Shown here piece after piece: positions 49,373 through 57,554 of a DNA stretch of 64,000 nucleotides. Each line of letters opens with the position of its first letter. The first letter of the stretch is position 1. This DNA comes from an uncultured Nitrososphaerota archaeon (GTDB taxonomy: Archaea; Thermoproteota; Nitrososphaeria; Nitrososphaerales; CADDZS01): positions 1,440,001 to 1,504,000 of the forward strand of contig CAWCYI010000006.1 in the NCBI GenBank assembly GCA_963799845.1. The letters run 5' to 3'. Below the pieces are notes generated by a model. It saw nothing but the letters and a program-made list of their open reading frames with translations, made no database searches and was not told the DNA's origin. The position numbers and the translations under genes were made by a program.

Positions 49373-50221
49373 CTACCATCGTAAGATTGGCTGGTAATTT
49401 TTCCTTCTTAATTCCAAATTACGCTGGTACCAATGTCTAATTCTCAACCGATATGCTATTCCTAACACGTCAATAAACATTCGAACTATGTTCTTATTTC
49501 TAAAATTGGATTCTAACTTGACGTTCGCAGGTAGTTCAACGATACGTAGTTTTAGTAATTTCGCAACTGTCAAGAGCTCCACGTCGAACGCATAATGCTT
49601 GACCGAAATCAATGGAACAATCTTCTGAAGAGCACTCTGCCTAAATATTTTGAACCCGGCTTGAGTATCGGAAAGTGGCAGCGACAACATCACTCGCACA
49701 AAAGTATTAAACCCGATGCTCAGGAATTTTCGCTTTACACCCGCGTTCACACGAGCTCCCGGAACTCGTTTTGATGCAATCGCCACATCGCAGCTTCTTG
49801 TCGCCGCTAAGTACTGGTTTAGATCAACTGGCACCGCTTGTAAGTCTCCATCGGCCAAAATTATCGATTCGCCAGTTGCGAATCTAAAACCATAGAGTAG
49901 AGCCTCTCCCTTTCCTCTGTTATCTTTGTACCCAACAGCTCGGACTCTTCGATCTTGAATCATGCATGCTTTTTCTAGAGTACTATCAGTAGAACCGTCG
50001 TCAACTATGACAAGCTCAAAACTGGGCAACAGCTCACCAAACTTTGTAATCGCTTTATCGACAAGATCAGTTATTGAGGCAGCTAGATTGTAAACGGGCA
50101 TCACAATCGAGACTGCAGGTTTCTGAATTTGACCTTCTGTGACCTCATGTTCCGTCGACGGCCGCTGGATTTCGATTACATCAGTTCTCTGCAAATTAGA
50201 CGGCCTAGGCTCGATCACCAA
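49373..50221 (-). CDS. GT2 dolichol-phosphate glycosyltransferase-like protein
   Basis: SIVMPVYN, VDDGSTD, NRGKG, DGD, DTQAGFK, AFDVELL. Confidence 0.9.
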   Translation of the reverse strand: MVIEPRPSNLQRTDVIEIQRPSTEHEVTEGQIQKPAVSIVMPVYNLAASITDLVDKAITKFGELLPSFELVIVDDGSTDSTLEKACMIQDRRVRAVGYKDNRGKGEALLYGFRFATGESIILADGDLQAVPVDLNQYLAATRSCDVAIASKRVPGARVNAGVKRKFLSIGFNTFVRVMLSLPLSDTQAGFKIFRQSALQKIVPLISVKHYAFDVELLTVAKLLKLRIVELPANVKLESNFRNKNIVRMFIDVLGIAYRLRIRHWYQRNLELRRKNYQPILRW

Positions 50222-50438
50222 GCCAGCGAATAATGTTATTAAAATCTTATCTAGTCAAAATCCATTGATTGTAGGGTTCGTTCCCTCCAAAGTCGCTATG
50301 TTGTTTTCGGTTAGCACTGGAAAGGATCTATTGATTATGGCTATTTCATTTGTAACGAAGGCTCACCCAATCAGATTTTATTTTCTGCAATTCTATCGGT
50401 CAATTCTCAGAACAACAGGGGCGAAATCAAAATAGGAT

Positions 50439-50906
50439 ATGAATGAGATCTTTTCGCAAATTGAGATTAGTGCTACGCCCAACCAGGTATGGCAGATCCT
50501 CATGGATTTCGAATCATACCCAAGATGGAATCCATACATTCGATATGCAAGAGGGACGCCGGTCGTTGGAAAAAGAATCGAAGTACACACCCAACCCGAA
50601 GGCTCGCGAAAGCTAGTCTTTCACCCCCTTATTCTAAGGCTTGAGGAAAACGCCGAGCTGAGCTGGCGGGGGTCTCCGCTCCCAAGATTCCTCTTTTCGG
50701 GAGAGCATATTTTCTTACTCCAACCGAAAAGTCCTGGGATTACTAGCTTTATCCAGCACGAGATTTTTACCGGTCTACTTGTCCCGTTCCTGAGGAGGAC
50801 TTTGGACAAGCGGACATTAGAAGGATTTCGCAAAATGAATGAGGCCCTGAAAAGAAGAGCAGAGGAAGTAAATGGAGGCCCAACACCTCTTGCAAATAAT
50901 AATTAG
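50439..50906 (+). CDS. SRPBCC/polyketide-cyclase-like protein
   Basis: IEISA.P..VW..L.DF..YP.WNP, GEH.F, F...E.F.G, GF..MNEALK.RAE. Confidence 0.88.
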   Translation: MNEIFSQIEISATPNQVWQILMDFESYPRWNPYIRYARGTPVVGKRIEVHTQPEGSRKLVFHPLILRLEENAELSWRGSPLPRFLFSGEHIFLLQPKSPGITSFIQHEIFTGLLVPFLRRTLDKRTLEGFRKMNEALKRRAEEVNGGPTPLANNN

Positions 50907-51319
50907 GCAGCCAACTCAGTCAATCGATTAATATGCAAACTCCAACAAAGAAATAGAGCTAAAACGAGGATTCATCAGCTTCGCTTACAGCTTTTCAAGT
51001 AGGAGTTCCCATTGATTCATAAAGAAAAAAATTCTGCCGTTTCGCAGCTGCGCGATATCGTTTTGACGGGAGAGCTTGTTTCAAGCTCTGTTCAATTAAA
51101 ACAGCTTGTTTCACCTGTCTGGAGCTTAAATAGAGCTCGAACGTGGCTGAATGAAAGCGCCTATTTGAAAACTGGCATCGACTAGAGATGGTTGGATCAG
51201 GCAATCAAACAAGTCGCTATTGTTTGGTTGACAGAAAGAATTCCCTCCTTTAGTTGATTGGAGAAAACGTTTGCTGATTGAATTACCATGATGATCGAGT
51301 TGCTGCTTGAATTGATCGA

Positions 51320-51650
51320 AGATGAACGATGTCGGGGCGTGGTTTCCTTGCGCTCAAGACTACGAGCATGATACCGAGTCTTCGGAATGAGCGATCACGA
51401 CAGTCGGGGCCTTCTCTATTCCAGCAGCTTTAAGCGCGACCATGGGCTGAGTCTCGTACTCAAGTTCGGCAAAGATCTGCTTTTTCACTAGTTCGTGGTA
51501 GAGGTTATGATCCCTTGTGAGTATGACGTAATCAAATCCAAGATCCTCCAGTTTTTCTGCGCCGTATCGTCCAAGGTGGCTGTATCCGAATACAATCACT
51601 TGGTCTTTTAGTTTGGTTAAGAGTCTCTTTTCAGCTTCGCCCTTCCAGAT
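51320..51650 (-). pseudogene. Fragment of a K+-channel TrkA-N/RCK domain
   Basis: LKDQVIVFGYSHLGR...LKAAGIEKA..V; no start codon or pore region; frameshifted before VLSARK.RPDI. Confidence 0.65.
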
Positions 51651-51729
51651 CGGGCTCTAAGTTAACTAACACGGCCGGGAGGGTTTAATAGACCTACATT
51701 ATCACCTCCGTGTAAGGTAGTCGCGATCA

Positions 51730-51834
51730 ATGGTCAACTGTGCAAAATGTGGAAAAGAAATTCCCGCCGGGCAAGAGGTAAAGAAAGGTTTCATAAGCAA
51801 GAAAAGCTATCACAAGGAATGCGCCCCTAATTAA
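51730..51834 (+). CDS. 34-aa LIM-like zinc-finger microprotein, copy 1
   Basis: MVNCAKCGKEIPAGQEVKKGFISKKSYHKECAPN*; AAGGT Shine-Dalgarno-like site and TTTAATA upstream; paralog 240 bp downstream. Confidence 0.75.
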   Translation: MVNCAKCGKEIPAGQEVKKGFISKKSYHKECAPN

Positions 51835-51969
51835 GAAGCAGGCTATACATCCGAACAAATAACCTGCATGTCACATTGTGGGCTCACTACGATCTGTGCT
51901 AGAGTCAAGATAGGGAGAGAGATTTGATACATCCGCATCAATGTCCGTGTGGGGCGAGGTAAAGTTGCA

Positions 51970-52074
51970 ATGGCCAACTGTGCAAAATGTGGAGGAAGAA
52001 TTCCTGACGGACAAGAGGTAAAGAAAGGATTTCTAATGAAGAAAAGCTACCATAAAGAATGCTCACCCAAGTGA
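51970..52074 (+). CDS. 34-aa LIM-like zinc-finger microprotein, copy 2
   Basis: MANCAKCGGRIPDGQEVKKGFLMKKSYHKECSPK*; GAGGT upstream; several synonymous differences from copy 1. Confidence 0.75.
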   Translation: MANCAKCGGRIPDGQEVKKGFLMKKSYHKECSPK

Positions 52075-52936
52075 CAAATTATCCGAAAAATAGCCTTGAG
52101 ATGGCCAGCGAAGAGTGCGCTTTGGAATTGAAATACTTCTTCTGCTTCCACGGATGCACAAACGAGTTTTCCATACATTTAGTTTAGACACAAAGACTTA
52201 TGCTCGTGCTTGCTGAAACCACGAGAAGGTCAGTGCATGCAAGCGCGTTTTCAGAAGAAATCGAAAGCGACCCACTTTGCTAGAAATTTCTTTCCCCATT
52301 TTTTCATTCACTCCCATAGTAATCCCGGACACGCGATTATTAGATTAACCTCAGTGCCAAGGCAATTCGTAGGTAAGCTTCTTGAATTGAGTACCGCATC
52401 TCTTGATATGGCGGCGTATTTTCTTGGGGCTGATGAGTTTGCCGCATTTCGGGCAGGTTGGCATTAAAATTTCTATTCTTGGTCTCTGGGTACTTGGATA
52501 AAAATTACATGGTTACTAGTTCCTTTTGTTATGGAAATAAAGCAAAGTAGCACTTCGCTGATTTTTTCGTCTAGTTAAACTACTTAATTCGGTATGGTTA
52601 GAAGTATGCGATGTAAAGTATGTCCTACTGAAATATCCGATTCGATTTGACCAAACAGGTAATCTTGATGTATGGGCTTGTTTTAGAGTAACTGGAAGTC
52701 GAGTGTTGTGCTATTGGAAGTATATTCAAGTTACTAGAAAGATTCTACCTGAATACGATTGAGGATGAGCTTTGTTTTTTATCTTCGATAGTCCGACCAG
52801 CAAGTACCAAGTTGGACTACCTTATGCCACCTAACGTTAGTTCGGTGGGACAGGAGAGTTCATTAGACCAAGCTAGGGATGACCTCAAGATCATATCTCT
52901 TGATCGTCCTAATTTCTCCACTTCGATTTTTGGAAA

Positions 52937-53168
52937 TTAACTAGAGATCATGAGAGTCTGAGTAGATCTGATTTTTTCTATCCTTCTTATTTTCCATGTG
53001 ATTGTTTCTTTGAGCAGCTGCTGTGTTTCAGCTTCCACCTTTACCACGAAATCATACGCTCCATAAACCAGATAGACTTCTCTAACGTTTTCGATGCCTT
53101 TTCAGCTCCCGGATGACTTCATCCTCCAAGCCTGCTTCAACGTTAATTAGAATGAATGCGATTGGCAT
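52937..53168 (-). CDS. Stand-alone Lrp/AsnC ligand-binding (RAM) domain protein (one extra base near 53100)
   Basis: MPIAFILINVEAG.E.EV..ELK|GIENVREVYLVYGAYDFVVKVEA...IRRIEKIRSTQTLM; 76 aa after removing one A following GAGCTG. Not in the ORF track. Confidence 0.85.
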
Positions 53169-53253
53169 CTACTTTTTGTGCTCGCTCCTTTCAACGTGTT
53201 CAACATGGCCGAATGCTATTACGTTCGCGACCCGGGACCGAGCGGTCACCAAG

Positions 53254-53497
53254 CTAATTCGGGCGATCGCGGAGCCCAGAGTAAACCAGAAACTCTGCTT
53301 TCTCTTCAGCTTCACGCAACGAAAGTTTCGAGTCTGCAAAAGAGATATTACACTCTTGACAGAACCACCACCCTTCGTAATTTTTCCGAAGTTCGAGTCC
53401 GCAGCTGAGAACAAACGGGGACTTGCAATTTGTTCCGAGTCCGTGCTTCAGTTGCTTCTAGTGGAGTATGAATTTCAGCTTCAACTTGTTTCTGCAT
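53254..53497 (-). CDS. Small zinc-ribbon protein (one extra base near 53407)
   Basis: Removing one base next to AGCT 53403 gives MQKQ...VCSSCGLELRKNYEGWWFCQECN...DRPN*, 80 aa. Confidence 0.6.
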
Positions 53498-53644
53498 CCT
53501 CTAACATCGGATTACTTTGTCCGGCGAATATTATTCTCTTTCCGAGAAGATTTCATAATCACTAGAAGATTGACGCAAAGACCGACTACAAATAATGTCA
53601 ATATGATCATCAAGATTTCAAAGGCTGGGTTGATTTTTGGATAG

Positions 53645-53865
53645 ACTTTTCTGAGCTCGGTGTTCTTTCCGAGCTACAGCAAGTAACCTCGTCCTGCGGC
53701 TGATCTTTCAGATCAACCCGCTCACGTACGTTGCCAATCTCGTGAGAAATTTGCTGGTGGGCATATCAGGTTTTAGCATGCCGCTGGAGCTCGGTGCGTC
53801 TTCGAGAGCATTGTTCTGGTCTACGTCGCGTCTCTTGCAATCAACAGGATCGAGCTGTGGTCTAC
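53645..53865 (+). pseudogene. C-terminal remnant of an ABC-2 permease
   Basis: Reads FLSSVFFP...LIFQINPLTYVANLVR with frameshifts and no start codon. Confidence 0.5.
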
Positions 53866-53962
53866 GAGGCTTCTCACATCTCTCTTAGATGATCGCTACT
53901 CGAAGATTGAGAGTAAGACGGAAGAATTAGTTTTTATCTAAACAATAACCTTTCAACAACTA

Positions 53963-56572
53963 ATGAACCCGGCAGCCGGCTGTAAAAGACATTTACCATC
54001 TCTTTACATGCTAATGGCGTTAGGTCTGCTATTAGGTTTCTTCGTTCTTTCGCTAACGGGCATCCACTCAGCTGCCCTAACCACCTCGTCGATCTCTTGT
54101 ATAACTGCAGAGGATGCACCTTCAGTGACCTTGAGCCTTTTGGTGAGCGGAAACGTAACAACGGTTTCGCCGACGAGCCTTGTTTGTAATGGAGTTTCTG
54201 TTTCTTTGACTCTTACAACAATGGAAAACGGAAAAGGAAATGTTTCAGTGGAAGTGCCTCCCCCCACCAATGTTTACATCAGAGACATTTTCCCTGGAGT
54301 TCTTCAGACGGAGCAAATCGCGACGTGCATATCCTCCGGATGCACCTTTTCGACAACTCGACTCTCCGTTTTCACCCAGGTCGAAGAGTTCTTCTCTTAC
54401 AAAATCTCAGGAGGGGGATCGGGGTACACTCCACCCACCCTCTTATACTACTACCAAGGCGCCCCCGATTCCACACCTCTAGGCACTGGTGTTTGGGTTG
54501 ATTGCTGCAGCTCCGACTGGACGGTGCCACGTACCCTAACGGGGTCGACTCTTTTGGAGCAATGGTCGGCGAACCCTGATGATACTGAAGGGATCGCATC
54601 CCCCGGTTCGGCAGGTTCTACTGTAGAAATCACCTACTATAATCAATATTCTCTGACCTCGAGCTTCACTGTGACCAGCGGGGCAGGATACCAGAATCCA
54701 CAATTGAGATATACGCAGTATGGTGGTTTGCAGCAGGTTCCGACAACGAGCTATCCTACTTCGTACTGGGCCGACGCGGGAACTCTGTGGAGCATATCCA
54801 GCACCCTGCCCGGTCCGACCCCTTCCGAGCAGTGGGCCGCCGCCCCAAATTCGGTTCTGTCGGGCACGGTTTCAGCGCCCGTGGCAATATCTCCCCACTA
54901 TTTCCACCAATACACGGTGATCGCTAACTACACCATTATCGGTACAGGAAGTTCTGGATACGGCAATCCTACATTTTTCTACACCTCGCTAGGATCCACC
55001 AATTCTACAACCTTGACGATGTCACCGGTAGAGTATTGGGTAGACGCCGCGTCCCAGTGGAACATTTCAAAAGCCCTTGCCGGGAACTCTACATTGCAAA
55101 GGTGGCAGACCAATCAACTGACGAGCGGGTCTGTAACCTCCGCTGAAAATATCACGATTGCGTACTACTGGCAGTACTTTGTCACATTCCAGTACTCGGT
55201 CGTTGGCGGCGGTGACAATTACATCACTCCGTCGCTGAACTATTCCCAGTTTGGGATAACGCTAGCAGGATCGCAGGGGCTGCAAGTATGGGCTGATGTC
55301 GGATCAAATTGCTCGTACACAAATCCTCTGATGGGGTCCACTTCGACCGAAAGGTGGTATGCAAGCCTGCCGACGTTGAGGGTATCGTCGAACACCGTCA
55401 ACGCGATGTATTACCACCAGTTCTCGTACTCGGCAAGTTACACGATCGTGGATGGCGGACAGGGGTACTCCAGCCCGATTTTTAGTTACACTTCTTTCGG
55501 AGCTTCCAATGAGACATTTCTGTCTACTTCAGCGACCACTTACTGGCTTGATTATAACACTCGCTGGGGTACGACTTCGCAGCTCAGCGGCTCCAACGCG
55601 ACGGAGCGATGGGCGACTAAGCAATTAGTTCAAGGTGTGGCAACAGCCCCGGCGAGCACTGAGTTTGGTTATTTCAACCAGTATGCTCTAACATTGAATT
55701 ACGAGGTCACACTCGGAGGCTCTCCACCAGCTCCGGCATTGAACTTAACTTCATTTGCGACGTCCAATTCTACTCACCTCAGCACGTCCCCGACCGTATA
55801 CTGGGTCGACGCAAGTACATCATGGTCGGTCACGAAAACACTCCAGCTCCAACCTAATGCTTCCTCGGAAAGATGGATAACGAATATGACGGTCTCTGAG
55901 GCGTCAGCTTCTGGCGCGTTTAACCAGACCATTGTGTATGATCATCGGTACTACCTCCTGGTTCAGCTGAACGACGCCCCAGGGGGAAGTTCCAACGCGG
56001 CCACTGGCTGGTACAACAATGGGAACAAGATTAACATCGCAGCGAGTGCCAATGCGGGTTGGGAATTTGTATCGTGGGACGGAGCAGGAAATTCATCCTA
56101 CACCGGTCCACAGAAGAACGAAACTGTTTCGCTGACTAGTCCAGCAAATGAAACTGCGATCTTCTACGCCGGTCTAGTGATTTATTCCGGTCCTAACGGA
56201 TCTGTAGAGTACAGTTACGGCAATCTGTCCGGAACTCAATCCGGGATCATCCAGCCGGGGACAAATGGAACAATCTTCGTTCTTCCCAATACTGGTGTTA
56301 ATCTCACAGAATCCCCATCAAGTGTACTCTATGTTTTCTACGGTTGGACCGGATACACAAAAGCTAACAGCGTAAGCGCTCTGATAGATGTCAATATTCC
56401 GAAATCGATTAAAGCTTCGTTTGTTCTGGATTATGCAGACATCACCGTTTTTGCGATTGTGACTGCGGGCGTGATCGTGCTGTCTTTCGGTGCATTTCCG
56501 GTACGGTTCAAGATTCGAGGCTTTTTTCTGAAAAAACGAGAAAGTTCCTCTTTAATTTCCGGTAAGGTTTAA
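53963..56572 (+). CDS. Membrane-anchored surface protein with six ~88-aa repeats and InlB-B-like domains
   Basis: Signal peptide, Cys-containing head, six Y..Q...GG..Y..P...W.D....ERW repeats, GWY...GWEFVSWDG, C-terminal TM and basic tail. Confidence 0.8.
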   Translation: MNPAAGCKRHLPSLYMLMALGLLLGFFVLSLTGIHSAALTTSSISCITAEDAPSVTLSLLVSGNVTTVSPTSLVCNGVSVSLTLTTMENGKGNVSVEVPPPTNVYIRDIFPGVLQTEQIATCISSGCTFSTTRLSVFTQVEEFFSYKISGGGSGYTPPTLLYYYQGAPDSTPLGTGVWVDCCSSDWTVPRTLTGSTLLEQWSANPDDTEGIASPGSAGSTVEITYYNQYSLTSSFTVTSGAGYQNPQLRYTQYGGLQQVPTTSYPTSYWADAGTLWSISSTLPGPTPSEQWAAAPNSVLSGTVSAPVAISPHYFHQYTVIANYTIIGTGSSGYGNPTFFYTSLGSTNSTTLTMSPVEYWVDAASQWNISKALAGNSTLQRWQTNQLTSGSVTSAENITIAYYWQYFVTFQYSVVGGGDNYITPSLNYSQFGITLAGSQGLQVWADVGSNCSYTNPLMGSTSTERWYASLPTLRVSSNTVNAMYYHQFSYSASYTIVDGGQGYSSPIFSYTSFGASNETFLSTSATTYWLDYNTRWGTTSQLSGSNATERWATKQLVQGVATAPASTEFGYFNQYALTLNYEVTLGGSPPAPALNLTSFATSNSTHLSTSPTVYWVDASTSWSVTKTLQLQPNASSERWITNMTVSEASASGAFNQTIVYDHRYYLLVQLNDAPGGSSNAATGWYNNGNKINIAASANAGWEFVSWDGAGNSSYTGPQKNETVSLTSPANETAIFYAGLVIYSGPNGSVEYSYGNLSGTQSGIIQPGTNGTIFVLPNTGVNLTESPSSVLYVFYGWTGYTKANSVSALIDVNIPKSIKASFVLDYADITVFAIVTAGVIVLSFGAFPVRFKIRGFFLKKRESSSLISGKV

Positions 56573-56609
56573 AATTCCAACTATCACTTTTATACAAGAA
56601 AGAAAGTTC

Positions 56610-57554
56610 TTGAAACGCTCTATATTGTTCTCTACAGCGTCGCTACTATTGATGATTCTTCTGGTCTTCAATAGTAATTCGGCGAGTGCCGCGACGTCGT
56701 GGGCCTCGGTGACTTCAATTCATGATCTAACAGGGGGTACGGCTGTCCAATCTGGACAGCCATTGATTGCAGGCCATTCGTACAACATTACATTCTTGAT
56801 AGCGGTTCCCTTCAATCAGACAAGTTCCCAGTTCCAGGTATCGCTCAACCCGCAATTGCAGCAGCAGGGGGCTCAATACTGGTATGTACTGACGCCCGGC
56901 TATTCCGGGTATGATTCTTCTAGCTTTACTGCTGGAGACAAGACCGTGAGTTTCACCCAGATTCAGGGTCAGCTAACACTTTCCGCGGAATTTCAGATAC
57001 CGGTTAACCTAACACTCAAAAGTGCCAGTGGACTGGTCCTTCACTTTCCGCAGAATGATTTTCAACTTATAACGGTGAGCGTGAGTGGCGGCTCGGTGGC
57101 GGGCAACGTCTCGCTTAACGTGCAAGACCAGACGATCGAAACCTATCTCAACACATACCAGTCAGATTCTAGGCTTATATCTTCTGGCACGATAGACAAG
57201 TCCTACTCGTCATTTGTCGATAACATTCTGAACCAATCTCAGTCGCTCTACAGTTCTGGTCTGGTATCACAGGCAACTAGCCTCCTCGGTGTGCTCACTT
57301 CCTCCACGTTCCCGGCCCCGTCTAACAGTTCTACCGAGACCTATCTCGGAGCTGGATTGGTGGTGGTTGTGATAATCGCCGTTGTTTTCGCTGTCATGGC
57401 GCTCCGGAAGAGAGGCCAATCCAGCGTCTCTTCGTCCGTGGTAGCCGACGTCCAGAAGGAGCTGGCAATGCTCGAGGTTACCGCATCAAGGTATGACAAG
57501 AACTTGGCTGAGAGGTTGAAAGCTTTGAGAGAGAGGTTGAATGATGTAGTATGA
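56610..57554 (+). CDS. Single-pass membrane protein with extracellular domain and short cytoplasmic coiled-coil tail
   Basis: Signal peptide ...SASA, TM GLVVVVIIAVVFAVMAL, tail VQKELAMLE...LAERLKALRERL; 4-bp overlap with the tubulin-like gene. Confidence 0.8.
   Translation: MKRSILFSTASLLLMILLVFNSNSASAATSWASVTSIHDLTGGTAVQSGQPLIAGHSYNITFLIAVPFNQTSSQFQVSLNPQLQQQGAQYWYVLTPGYSGYDSSSFTAGDKTVSFTQIQGQLTLSAEFQIPVNLTLKSASGLVLHFPQNDFQLITVSVSGGSVAGNVSLNVQDQTIETYLNTYQSDSRLISSGTIDKSYSSFVDNILNQSQSLYSSGLVSQATSLLGVLTSSTFPAPSNSSTETYLGAGLVVVVIIAVVFAVMALRKRGQSSVSSSVVADVQKELAMLEVTASRYDKNLAERLKALRERLNDVV

Noticed and set aside
51700-52080. The 240-bp-spaced duplication as a non-coding repeat or mini-CRISPR
   Set aside because: Similarity is confined to an open frame with synonymous changes, so it is a duplicated small gene.
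52210-52467. 85-aa plus-strand ORF
   Set aside because: No recognisable motif, atypical composition and no supporting signals.
53113-53565. ORF-track calls 53113..53565 (+), 53169..53414 (-) and 53178..53408 (+)
   Set aside because: They are shadows of the frameshifted minus-strand Zn-ribbon and Lrp-domain genes.
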